Below are positions 8,283 through 17,083 of a stretch of DNA of 53,439 nucleotides, piece after piece. How positions within the stretch are numbered: position 1 is the stretch's first letter; every line of letters starts with the position of its first letter. The DNA is from Tabrizicola sp. (GTDB lineage Bacteria > Pseudomonadota > Alphaproteobacteria > Rhodobacterales > Rhodobacteraceae), in NCBI GenBank assembly GCA_018057165.1, contig JAGPEG010000001.1, forward strand, positions 1 through 53,439, written 5' to 3'. A model generated the notes under the pieces. The model did no database searches. It was not told the origin of the DNA and was given only the letters and a program-made list of their open reading frames with translations. Both the position numbers and the translations under genes were made by a program.

Positions 8283-9631
8283 TGCTGTCTCTGCGCAAGC
8301 GCGCCTGGATCAGCGGGGGCCTGGCGGCGCTGGTTTCGCTGACAGTCGGGGCTCTGCTGCTGTATTCCTTTCTGAACCAGCGGGAACTGGCCCGCTTCGA
8401 CCGCGCCCTGACCGAGCGGCATACCCAGATTGTCGTGGCGCTGAGCTCTGTGCCGGACGATACGACCCGGCTGGGCGATCTGCTGTTTGACCCGCAGTAT
8501 CACGCGCCATTCTCCGGCCGCTACTGGCAGGTAACCGCGCCAGACGGGACGATCCACACCTCCGGGTCGCTACTGGACGCCACCCTTCCGGCCCCCGCCC
8601 CTGCCGGTGCCACCCTGACAATCGGCGATGGCGCGAATCCCGTGGTTGGTGAGGTGAGGATCGCCGAACAGGTGATCACGCTTGAGGATGGCAGCGCCTG
8701 GACCGTCCTTGCGGCGGAAAGCCTTGGACAGCTGAAGTCCGAACGCGGCGACACCCGGCGCAGTCTGGTCCTGGCCTTCGCGATGGTGGCGGTGATCGGC
8801 CTGGCCAGCGTGCTGGTGCAGACGGCGGCGATCACCCGACCCCTGGACCGGCTGCGCCGCGACGTGGCGCAACGCTGGGAGCAGGACGAAGAGCTGAGCG
8901 AGACCGATTATCCCGAGGAGGTCGCGCCGCTGGTGGCGGACATCAACGGCCTTCTCCACCGCAACCGCGAGATCGTCAGCCGGTCGCGGCGGCAGGCGGC
9001 GGACCTGGCCCATGCGCTGAAGACGCCAAGCGCGATTCTGCGCAACGAGCTGACGGCGTTGGCCGAAGGATCGCAGGACATGACGAAGGCGCTGGATGCG
9101 CTGGACCGGGTGGATGCCCAGATCAGCCGGTCACTGGCCCGGTTGCGCACGGCGCATTCGGGGGAAGCCACGCAGGCGAAGACCGATCTCAGCCATTCGG
9201 TCGACCGTTTCGCGCGGCTGTTCGACATGATGGCCCGCCGCGAGGGCAAGCGGTTCGACGTCACCCGCGAGCCGGGGCTGACCGCGCGGATGGACACCCA
9301 GGATATCGAGGAGGTTCTGGGCAATCTTCTGGACAATGCGCTGAAATGGTGCCGGTCGACCGTCACACTGAGCGCCAGGAAGCGGACGGGCGGCATCGAG
9401 ATCGTGATCGAGGACGATGGCCCCGGCATCCCCGAGGCCGACCGGGCCGAAGTGATGCGGTCGGGAACGCGGCTCGACAGTTCCAAGCCGGGAACCGGGC
9501 TGGGGCTCGCCATCGCCAGCGATCTTCTGCAGGCCTATGGGGCGACTCTCGTGCTGGAGGACAGCGCGACGCTGGGCGGGCTGACAGTGCGGGTCATGCT
9601 GCCGCTGCGACGGGTGCGGGTGTCGAAGTGA
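8279..9631 (+). CDS. Sensor histidine kinase (PhoQ/FeuQ-like)
   Basis: Two TM helices, SGRYWQV periplasmic motif, DLAHALKTP H-box, N-box NLLDNALKW, G-boxes DDGPG and GTGLGL. Confidence 0.95.
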   Translation: MMLSLRKRAWISGGLAALVSLTVGALLLYSFLNQRELARFDRALTERHTQIVVALSSVPDDTTRLGDLLFDPQYHAPFSGRYWQVTAPDGTIHTSGSLLDATLPAPAPAGATLTIGDGANPVVGEVRIAEQVITLEDGSAWTVLAAESLGQLKSERGDTRRSLVLAFAMVAVIGLASVLVQTAAITRPLDRLRRDVAQRWEQDEELSETDYPEEVAPLVADINGLLHRNREIVSRSRRQAADLAHALKTPSAILRNELTALAEGSQDMTKALDALDRVDAQISRSLARLRTAHSGEATQAKTDLSHSVDRFARLFDMMARREGKRFDVTREPGLTARMDTQDIEEVLGNLLDNALKWCRSTVTLSARKRTGGIEIVIEDDGPGIPEADRAEVMRSGTRLDSSKPGTGLGLAIASDLLQAYGATLVLEDSATLGGLTVRVMLPLRRVRVSK

Positions 9632-9640
9632 CGCCGCCGG

Positions 9641-10885
9641 TCAGAGCGGCGGCTGGATCAGGATCGCACGGAAATCGTTGACATTGGTCAGCGTCGGGCC
9701 GGTGACGACCTGGCCTTTGGCGCGGGCGAACCAGCTATGCGCGTCGTTCCGGGCAAGTGCTTCGGCAGCTCCGGGAGTGGCAAGGCTGGAAGGGCCGACA
9801 AGGGCACCCGCGACTTCCGCCGCGCCGTCGACGCCGTCGGTGTCGCAGGCGATGGCATGGATCTGCGGGTGGCCGTCCAGCGCAAGCGCCAGGGTCAGGC
9901 AGAACTCGGCATTGGGGCCCCCTACCCCGTCGCCCTGCCGGGTCACGGTCAGCTCGCCCCCGGAGAGGAGGAGGATCGGGCGGTCGCCGGGCGACAGGCT
10001 GGCGGCAAGGGAGATCGCCATGGCGGCCTGCGCGCGGGCAACATCGCGGGCTTCGCCCTCAAGGCTGTCGCCAAGGGTGCGGATGTCGCATTGCGCGGCG
10101 GCAAGATCGGCGGCGGCGGCAATGGACTGGGCCGGGGCGGCGTAGATCACGTTTTCGGTGCGGGACAGGCGCGGGTCATCCGGGGGCACGACGCGGGATC
10201 GGGCAAGGGCCGCATGGGCAGAGGGCGGGACGGCGATGGCCCAGCGGTTCAGGATCGCGCGGGCGTCGTCGGGTGTGGTGGCGTCGCCGACGGTGGGACC
10301 GGAGCCGATGAAGGCGGGGTCATCGCCCGGCACGTCAGAGATCATCAAGGCAAGCATCCTGGCCGGGTAGGCCGCCGCGGCAAGCTGGCCGCCCTTCACG
10401 CGGGAGAGATGCTTGCGCAGGGTGTTCATCGCCGAGATTGGCGCGCCAGAGGCGAGAAGGGCAGCGTTGACCGCTTGCTTTTCGGCCAGCGTCATGCCCG
10501 AAGCCGGGGCGCAAAGCAGCGCCGAGGCACCGCCGGAGATCAAGGCGAGGATGGTATCCTCTTCGGTCAGGCCATCGAGAAGCGCGAGCATACGCCCTGT
10601 GGCATCCACCCCGGCCTGGTCGGGGACCGGATGGGCGGCCTCGACGATTTCGATGCCGCGACAGGGACGCGCATAGCCGTAGCGGGTGATGACGAGCCCT
10701 TCGCAAGGGCCCCATGCGGCCTCGACCGCCTCGGCCATGCGGGCAGAGGCTTTCCCAGCGCCGATGACGATCAGCCGGCCCGGCGGCTTTTCCGGCAGGA
10801 AGCGGGCAAGCGAGCGCATCGGGTCGGCGACCTCGACCGCACGGTCGAAGAGTTCACGCAGGAAGGAGGCGGGGTCTGGGATCAT
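9641..10885 (-). CDS. Glycerate 2-kinase (MOFRL / TtuD family)
   Basis: GAGKASARMA, EAAHPVPD, LISGGASAL, SDVPGDD, SGGELTV and TGPTLTNVNDFRA motifs. Confidence 0.93.
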   Translation of the reverse strand: MIPDPASFLRELFDRAVEVADPMRSLARFLPEKPPGRLIVIGAGKASARMAEAVEAAWGPCEGLVITRYGYARPCRGIEIVEAAHPVPDQAGVDATGRMLALLDGLTEEDTILALISGGASALLCAPASGMTLAEKQAVNAALLASGAPISAMNTLRKHLSRVKGGQLAAAAYPARMLALMISDVPGDDPAFIGSGPTVGDATTPDDARAILNRWAIAVPPSAHAALARSRVVPPDDPRLSRTENVIYAAPAQSIAAAADLAAAQCDIRTLGDSLEGEARDVARAQAAMAISLAASLSPGDRPILLLSGGELTVTRQGDGVGGPNAEFCLTLALALDGHPQIHAIACDTDGVDGAAEVAGALVGPSSLATPGAAEALARNDAHSWFARAKGQVVTGPTLTNVNDFRAILIQPPL

Positions 10886-11080
10886 CGGGATTGGCTCGTT
10901 GCGCGGGGGGCAATGTGACGGGTGTACTGGTTTCCGGTGGCGGGCGATGGTCGTCTTCCAGACATTTCAGCACCGTTTCCGCCATCTGCGCCTGAATCCG
11001 GCGATGTCGCGGCGAGTGCAGACGAGCGAAGCGAAGATCCGGGCGCAATCCTTGAGGTCATCGAAGCCGACAGCCTTGAG
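10882..11080 (-). pseudogene. Remnant of a LacI-family regulator C-terminus with two frameshifts
   Basis: Three frames join as LKAVGFDDLKDCARIFASL..RRDIAGF / AQMAETVLKCLEDD..PPETSTPVTL / APRATSQSR*, ending in an ATGA overlap with the glycerate kinase start. Confidence 0.6.
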
Positions 11081-11141
11081 CGCGGGCGGTGGCGTCGAAG
11101 TTGCGTCATCCTGGCCAAAGGTGGGAAGCGATGCAGGCGGA

Positions 11142-11648
11142 TCAGCGTTTGGACTTCCGGCCCGGCTCGGCACTGCCGGTCCGCAAGTCGAGCTTCTGGA
11201 GATCCTCCAGAAGATCCAGCAACTGCTCCAGCCGGTCATGGCCAAAGTCGGCTTCGATCCGGTCCAGGATCGCCGAGGACTGCCCGGCATGGGCATTGAC
11301 CAGCGTCAGCCCGGACGGGGTGATCGCGACCACGGTCTTGCGCCGGTCTTCGGGCGGGGTCATGCGGGTGATGAGGCCTTCTTCCACCATCGGCCCGACC
11401 ATCCGGGTCAGGCTGGAGAGAAGAAGCACCGCCTCGGCCGCGACCTGACTCAGTTCCAGCGGGCCCTTTTCCTGCAAGACGCGCAGGACGCGCCATTTCT
11501 GTTCGTTCACACCGGAACTGGCGAGCATGTCGCGGATCGGCCCCATGACGGTTTCCCGCGCGCGAAGCAGGGCGATGGGCAGGGAACGGCGGGTCTGGCG
11601 GAAGGCGGGAGCGTCGATCATATCCGGCTTATCGCCTGTTTCGGGCAT
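11142..11648 (-). CDS. hpaR: Homoprotocatechuate operon repressor HpaR (MarR family)
   Basis: RSLPIALLRARETVM..IR..L...GVNEQKWRVLRVL motif; divergent from the hpa genes; start could instead be 11621. Confidence 0.88.
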   Translation of the reverse strand: MPETGDKPDMIDAPAFRQTRRSLPIALLRARETVMGPIRDMLASSGVNEQKWRVLRVLQEKGPLELSQVAAEAVLLLSSLTRMVGPMVEEGLITRMTPPEDRRKTVVAITPSGLTLVNAHAGQSSAILDRIEADFGHDRLEQLLDLLEDLQKLDLRTGSAEPGRKSKR

Positions 11649-11668
11649 GGGCTCAACTGTCGCAAAAT

Positions 11669-11686
11669 TACTTGACAAAGCAAGTA
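11669..11686. promoter_or_regulatory. Putative HpaR operator overlapping a TTGACA -35
   Basis: Palindrome TACTTG-acaaag-CAAGTA in the hpaR/hpa divergent gap. Confidence 0.65.
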
Positions 11687-11719
11687 TCATGCCTCTCATT
11701 GAACACAAGGAGGCTAGCG

Positions 11720-12112
11720 ATGCCGCATATACAGATCGACTATTCCGCCAATCTGGAAGCGCGTCTTGATGTCGCGGGCCTGTGCCGGGTCTTGCGCGAT
11801 GCGGCGGTGGCAACGGGCGTCCTGCCGCTGGCGGGCATCCGGGTCCGGGCAATGCGGGCCGATCATGTGGTGATCGCCGATGGCAACCCCGACCATGCCT
11901 TCCTCGACATCTCGGTTCGCCTGCGCGCCGGGCGCAGTGCCGAGGCAAAAGCGCGGGCGACCGAAGCGATCTTCGCCGCCGCCGAGACCTTCTGCGCGGG
12001 GGTGATGGCAAGTTCGTCCTTCCTGCTGTCGATGGAGATGCGCGACATCGACGCAGCACTGTCGCCCAAGGCCAGCTCGATCCGCAAATACCTGCCCGGA
12101 GGCACCGAATGA
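11720..12112 (+). CDS. hpaF: 5-carboxymethyl-2-hydroxymuconate isomerase
   Basis: MPH..IDYSANL tautomerase start with catalytic Pro1, GIRVRA motif; AAGGAGG RBS. Confidence 0.88.
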   Translation: MPHIQIDYSANLEARLDVAGLCRVLRDAAVATGVLPLAGIRVRAMRADHVVIADGNPDHAFLDISVRLRAGRSAEAKARATEAIFAAAETFCAGVMASSSFLLSMEMRDIDAALSPKASSIRKYLPGGTE

Positions 12113-13614
12113 CGCTTGCGACCCATCTGGAGAAGCTGGACCGCCACCTTGCCCGGTTCCGCGAGGTCGGCATCCCGAACCTGATTGGTGGTGAAGATTC
12201 CAAGGGGTCGGGAGGTGTGTTCCAGACCCATTCCCCCGTGGACGAAAGCCTGATCGCAAATGTCGCGCGGGGGACGGCGGCGGACATCGACCGGGCGGCG
12301 CATGCCGCGAAGGCGGCCTACCCGGCCTGGGCGGCCATGTCGGGGTCGGCGCGCAAGGCAATCCTGCACCGGATCGCCGACGGGATCGAGGCGCGGGCCG
12401 AGGAAATTGCGCTCTGCGAATGCTGGGACACGGGGCAGGCCTGGCGCTTCATGTCGAAGGCCGCGCTGCGCGGGGCAGAAAACTTCCGCTTCTTTGCCGA
12501 CATGGCCCCCGCTGCACGCGACGGCAGGACCCTGCATTCGCCCGACCACCTGAACCTGACCAGCCGCAAGCCCATCGGGCCGGTGGGGGTGATCACCCCC
12601 TGGAACACGCCCTTCATGCTGTCGACCTGGAAGATTGCCCCTGCTCTCGCGGCAGGTTGCACGGTCGTCCACAAACCGGCCGAATTCTCGCCCCTGACCG
12701 CGCGCCTCTTGGCCGAGATCGCGCATGAGGCGGGTCTGCCGCCGGGTGTGCTGAACCTCGTGAACGGATTTGGCGAGGATGCGGGCAAGGCGCTGACCGA
12801 ACATCCCGCGATCAAGGCCATCGGCTTTGTCGGCGAAAGCCGCACCGGCAGCATGATCATGAAACAGGGTGCCGACACGCTGAAGCGGGTGCATTTCGAA
12901 CTGGGCGGCAAGAACCCAGTCGTCGTCTTCGACGATGCCGACATCGACCGCGCGCTGGATGCGGTCATCTTCATGATCTACTCGCTGAACGGCGAACGCT
13001 GCACCTCTTCCAGCCGCCTCCTGGTGCAGGAAACGATTGCGGATGAGTTCCACGCCCGGCTGGTCGAACGGGTGAACCGGATCAGGGTCGGCCACCCGCT
13101 CGATCCCGACACCGAAATGGGGCCGCTGATCCACCAGACCCATTTCGACAAGGTCATGTCCTATGTCGGCATCGGCAAGACCGACGGCGCGATGCTGGCC
13201 GCCGGGGGCACCCGCGTCGGCGACACCGGCTGGTTCGTGCGCCCGACCCTCTTCACCCAGGCCACGCCGCAGATGCGGATCGCGCAGGAAGAAGTGTTCG
13301 GCCCTTTCCTGACCTCGCTGACCTTCAAGGACGAGGCCGAGGCGCTGGAGATCGCCAATTCCACCGCCTATGGCCTGACCGGATATCTTTGGACCAATGA
13401 CCTGACCCGCGCCCTGCGCTTCTCGGATGCGCTGGAAGCCGGGATGATCTGGGTCAACTCCGAGAACGTCCGCCACCTGCCCACCCCGTTCGGCGGGGTG
13501 AAGGCCAGCGGCATCGGGCGTGATGGCGGCGACTGGTCCTTCGAGTTCTACATGGAACAGAAGAACACCGCCTTCGCCCTTGGAAACCACAATATCCAGC
13601 GTCTGGGAGCCTGA
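12109..13614 (+). CDS. hpaE: 5-carboxymethyl-2-hydroxymuconate semialdehyde dehydrogenase
   Basis: ITPWNTPFMLSTWK, FELGGKNP, SLNGERCTSSSR and VRHLPTPFGGVK motifs; cluster context. Confidence 0.93.
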   Translation: MTLATHLEKLDRHLARFREVGIPNLIGGEDSKGSGGVFQTHSPVDESLIANVARGTAADIDRAAHAAKAAYPAWAAMSGSARKAILHRIADGIEARAEEIALCECWDTGQAWRFMSKAALRGAENFRFFADMAPAARDGRTLHSPDHLNLTSRKPIGPVGVITPWNTPFMLSTWKIAPALAAGCTVVHKPAEFSPLTARLLAEIAHEAGLPPGVLNLVNGFGEDAGKALTEHPAIKAIGFVGESRTGSMIMKQGADTLKRVHFELGGKNPVVVFDDADIDRALDAVIFMIYSLNGERCTSSSRLLVQETIADEFHARLVERVNRIRVGHPLDPDTEMGPLIHQTHFDKVMSYVGIGKTDGAMLAAGGTRVGDTGWFVRPTLFTQATPQMRIAQEEVFGPFLTSLTFKDEAEALEIANSTAYGLTGYLWTNDLTRALRFSDALEAGMIWVNSENVRHLPTPFGGVKASGIGRDGGDWSFEFYMEQKNTAFALGNHNIQRLGA

Positions 13615-13615
13615 G

Positions 13616-14596
13616 ATGCCCGTCCCCGCCCCGAACCTTGACCCGCCCTTCAACACCGTCCGGCTCAGCCATGTCGAATTCGGCGTGACCGACCTTGCCC
13701 GCAGCCGGGCCTTCTATGTCGATACCCTTGGGTTGCAGGTGACGGATGAGGATGCCGACACGATCTATCTGCGCGCGATGGAGGAGCGGGGCCACCACTG
13801 CATCATCCTGCGCAAAGCCGTCAAGGCCGAGGCGCGGCATCTGGGCTTCAAGGTCTGGGACGAGGATCACCTCGACCGCGCCGCCGCCTTCTTCGCGGCC
13901 AAGGGCCTGCCGGTGGACTGGGTCGAGCGTCCCTTCCAGGGTCGCGCCTTCCGCACCCGCGACCCGCAGGGCGTGCCGCTGGAATTCTACGCCCGGATGG
14001 ACCGCCTGCCGCCGATCCACCAGCACTATGCGCTGTACAAGGGCGTCAAACCCCTGCGCATCGACCATTTCAACTGCTTCTCGCCCGACGTCGACGCCGC
14101 GGTCGCCTTCTGGAACGAGATCGGCTTCCGCGTCACCGAATACACCGAGGACGATGCGACCGGCCGCCTCTGGGCTGCATGGACCCACAGGAAGGGCGGC
14201 GTCCATGACATTGCCTTCACCAACGGCACCGGGCCGCGTCTGCACCACACCGCCTTCTGGGTGCCGACGCCCCTGAACATCATCGATCTTCTCGATCTCA
14301 TGTCCACGACCGGCTGGCTGGCGAACATCGAACGGGGGCCGGGCCGCCACGGCATCTCCAACGCCTTCTTCCTCTATATCCGCGACCCCGATGGCCACCG
14401 GATCGAGATCTACTGTTCCGATTACCAGACCGTCGACCCCGACCTTGAGCCGATCCGCTGGGGCCTGAAGGACCCGCAACGCCAGACGCTCTGGGGCGCC
14501 CCCGCCCCGCGCAGCTGGTTCGAGGAAGGCAGCCTGTTCGCGGGGACCGTCCCGGTGCAAGGCACCCTCAAAGCCAGCCCGATCATCGCGCCATGA
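13616..14596 (+). CDS. hpaD: 3,4-dihydroxyphenylacetate 2,3-dioxygenase (VOC-type extradiol)
   Basis: YLRAMEERGHH, RIDHFN, GPRLHH and ERGPGRHGISNAFFLYIRDPDGHRIE motifs. Confidence 0.95.
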   Translation: MPVPAPNLDPPFNTVRLSHVEFGVTDLARSRAFYVDTLGLQVTDEDADTIYLRAMEERGHHCIILRKAVKAEARHLGFKVWDEDHLDRAAAFFAAKGLPVDWVERPFQGRAFRTRDPQGVPLEFYARMDRLPPIHQHYALYKGVKPLRIDHFNCFSPDVDAAVAFWNEIGFRVTEYTEDDATGRLWAAWTHRKGGVHDIAFTNGTGPRLHHTAFWVPTPLNIIDLLDLMSTTGWLANIERGPGRHGISNAFFLYIRDPDGHRIEIYCSDYQTVDPDLEPIRWGLKDPQRQTLWGAPAPRSWFEEGSLFAGTVPVQGTLKASPIIAP

Positions 14597-15458
14597 TGCT
14601 GGTCACTTTCACCGCGGGGGGCGTGCAGCACTGGGGCACCACCGCGCCGGGGGCGTCCTCGCCCTCTCCGACGCCTTCCCGCAATTGCGAACGCTCCGCA
14701 GCGTGATCGAGGCCGGGGCGATCCCGCAGGTGCTGGCAGCAGCGCAAGGTCGCCCCGCCAGCCACCCCGACGGCAGCTTCACCTTCGACCCGCCGCTCCC
14801 CGACCCGGAAAAGATCATCTGCGTCGGCGTCAACTTTCCCGACCGCAATGCCGAGTACAAGGACGGGCAGGACGCCCCGCCCAACATGTCGCTTTTCATC
14901 CGCGTGCCCCGCAGCTTCACCGGGCACGACCAGCCCCTGATCCGCCCGCCGGAAAGCCCGCAGCTCGACTACGAAGGCGAGATCGCCGTCGTGATCGGCA
15001 AGCCGGGCCGCCGCATCCCGGAAGCGGTCGCCCTGTCTCATATCGCCGCCCTGACGCTGTGCAACGAAGGCACGATCCGCGACTGGGTGCGCCACGCGAA
15101 GTTCAACGTCACGCAGGGCAAGAACTGGGACCGCTCGGGATCACTTGGCCCCGGCCTTGTCCCCTTCACCGACCCCGCCCAGATCACCGATATCCGGCTG
15201 ACCACCCGCGTCAACGGCGAGGTCCGCCAGCAGGACCGCACCAGCCGGATGCTGTTCCCGGTTGCCCGGCAGATCGCCTATATCTCCACCTTCACCACCC
15301 TTGTCCCCGGTGACATCATCGTCACCGGCACCCCCACCGGCGCGGGCGCCCGCTTCGACCCGCCGGTCTGGCTGCGACCCGGCGACGTGATCGAGGTCGA
15401 GGCCGAAGGCCTTGGCATCTTGCGAAACGGCGTCGCGGATGAAAGAACCGGGGCATGA
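14593..15458 (+). pseudogene. Fumarylacetoacetate-hydrolase family (HpaG-like decarboxylase) with an apparent 1-nt frameshift near the 5' end
   Basis: The coupled ATG at 14593 reads MMLVTFTAGGVQHWG and then leaves frame at G5 (14649-14653). The FAH core (KIICVGVNF, DYEGE, QGKNW, GDIIVTGTP) is in the -1 frame. Confidence 0.75.
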
Positions 15459-16255
15459 TCCCGAAGGACCACCGCGCCGCCGCCCTTGCCCTGCTCGACG
15501 CCGAGGCGACGCGGCGGCAGATCGGTCTGCTCTCGCTCACTCATCCCGGCATGACGCTGGACGACGCCTATGCCGTGCAGGCCGACCTTGTCGCGCTGAA
15601 ACTTGCAGGCGGACGGCACCGGGTGGGCTGGAAGATCGGCCTGACTTCGCGCGCGATGCAGGAAGCCCTGAAGATCGACACCCCGGATTCGGGCGTGCTT
15701 CTGGACGATATGGTGTTCCGCGATGGCGCGACCATTCCGAAAAACCGTTTCATCCAGCCAAGGGTCGAGGCCGAGATCGCCTTCGTGATGGCCCGCGACC
15801 TTTCCGGTGCCGACATCACCCGCGCCGACGTGATCGCCGCCACCGCCCATGTCGCCCCCGCGCTGGAGATCCTTGACACCCGCATCCTGCGCAGCGATCC
15901 CGCCACGGGTCAGTCCCGGATCATCACCGACACCGTCAGCGACAATGCCGCCAATGCCGGGGTCGTCATCGGCCCGCAGCGCCATGACGTCGGGGCGCAT
16001 GACCTGCGTTGGGTCGGGGCCATCGTCAAGCGCGACGGCGTGGTCGAGGAAACCGGCCTTGGCGCTGGCGTGCTGGACGACCCCGCGACCGGAATTCTCT
16101 GGCTGGTCCAAAGGCTTCATCGCTATGGTCAGGGTCTGAGGGCCGGCGATATCGTGCTGTCCGGCAGCTTCATCCGCCCCGTCGAGGCCCCGCCGGGCAG
16201 CCGGTTTCAGGCCGATTTCGGCGCCTTCGGTTCCGTCACCCTGAACTTCGAGTAA
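15455..16255 (+). CDS. hpaH: 2-oxo-hept-4-ene-1,7-dioate hydratase
   Basis: GWKIGLTSRAMQ, PRVEAEIAF, DTVSDNAANAG and EETGLGAGVL motifs. Confidence 0.93.
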   Translation: MIPKDHRAAALALLDAEATRRQIGLLSLTHPGMTLDDAYAVQADLVALKLAGGRHRVGWKIGLTSRAMQEALKIDTPDSGVLLDDMVFRDGATIPKNRFIQPRVEAEIAFVMARDLSGADITRADVIAATAHVAPALEILDTRILRSDPATGQSRIITDTVSDNAANAGVVIGPQRHDVGAHDLRWVGAIVKRDGVVEETGLGAGVLDDPATGILWLVQRLHRYGQGLRAGDIVLSGSFIRPVEAPPGSRFQADFGAFGSVTLNFE

Positions 16256-16258
16256 CCC

Positions 16259-17029
16259 ATGCCCGCGCCCCTGAACCGCCTGAAACACCGTCTTGCCACT
16301 GGCGAAACCCTCTATGGCTGCTGGGTCGGCATGGCCGATGCCTATGCCGCCGAAATGGCCGCGACCTGCGGCTTCGACTGGCTCCTGATCGACGGCGAAC
16401 ATGCCCCGAACGACCTGCGCTCCACCCTGGCACAGCTCGCGGTCATCGAACCTTCGCCAAGCCTTCCCGTCGTGCGCCTGCGCGACGATGACCCGGCGCG
16501 GATCAAGCAGGCGCTGGATGCGGGCGCGCAAAGCCTGCTGATCCCGATGATCGAGACAGCCGAGCAGGCCGAACGCGCCGTCCGCGCCACCCGCTACCCG
16601 CCGCATGGCTTCCGGGGGGTTGGCTCGTCCCTTGCCCGCGCCTCGCGCTTCTCGGCGATCCCGGATTACCTGACCACCGCCAACGACCAGATCTGCCTGA
16701 TCCTGCAAGTGGAAAGCCGCGCCGGTCTGGCCGCGCTGGACGATATCCTTGCCCTGCCCGGCATCGACAGCGTCTTCATCGGCCCGGCTGACCTGGCCGC
16801 CGACATGGGGCATCTTGGCGATGCCGGCCACCCGGATGTGCGCTCCGCCGTCCTGAATGCGCTGACCCGCATCGCCGCCTCGGGCAAGGCCGCCGGAATG
16901 CTGTCGACCGAAGACGCCTTCATCGCCGAGTGTGAGAAGGCCGGAGCGCGGTTCGTGGGCGTCGGGATCGACGTTCTCGCCTATGTCGGCGCGCTGCGGG
17001 CGCGGGCCCGGCAATTCATTCCCGGCTGA
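16259..17029 (+). CDS. hpaI: HpcH/HpaI 4-hydroxy-2-oxoheptanedioate aldolase
   Basis: GFDWLLIDGEHAPND, RYPPHGFRG, QVES and VFIGPADL motifs. Confidence 0.9.
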   Translation: MPAPLNRLKHRLATGETLYGCWVGMADAYAAEMAATCGFDWLLIDGEHAPNDLRSTLAQLAVIEPSPSLPVVRLRDDDPARIKQALDAGAQSLLIPMIETAEQAERAVRATRYPPHGFRGVGSSLARASRFSAIPDYLTTANDQICLILQVESRAGLAALDDILALPGIDSVFIGPADLAADMGHLGDAGHPDVRSAVLNALTRIAASGKAAGMLSTEDAFIAECEKAGARFVGVGIDVLAYVGALRARARQFIPG

Positions 17030-17032
17030 TGC

Positions 17033-17080
17033 CTCGTCGTTCGACTTCGTCCCCTCCTCGGGATTGAAGCGAACGACGAG
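17033..17080. terminator. Long hairpin between convergent operons
   Basis: Outer arms CTCGTCGTTCG / CGAACGACGAG plus inner CTTC-GTCCC / GGGAT-TGAAG. Confidence 0.6.
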
Positions 17081-17083
17081 CAG

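Noticed and set aside
5437-9631. dusA-associated integrative island
   Set aside because: dusA is a known integration hotspot, but there is no integrase, no duplicated dusA 5' end and no att repeat visible.
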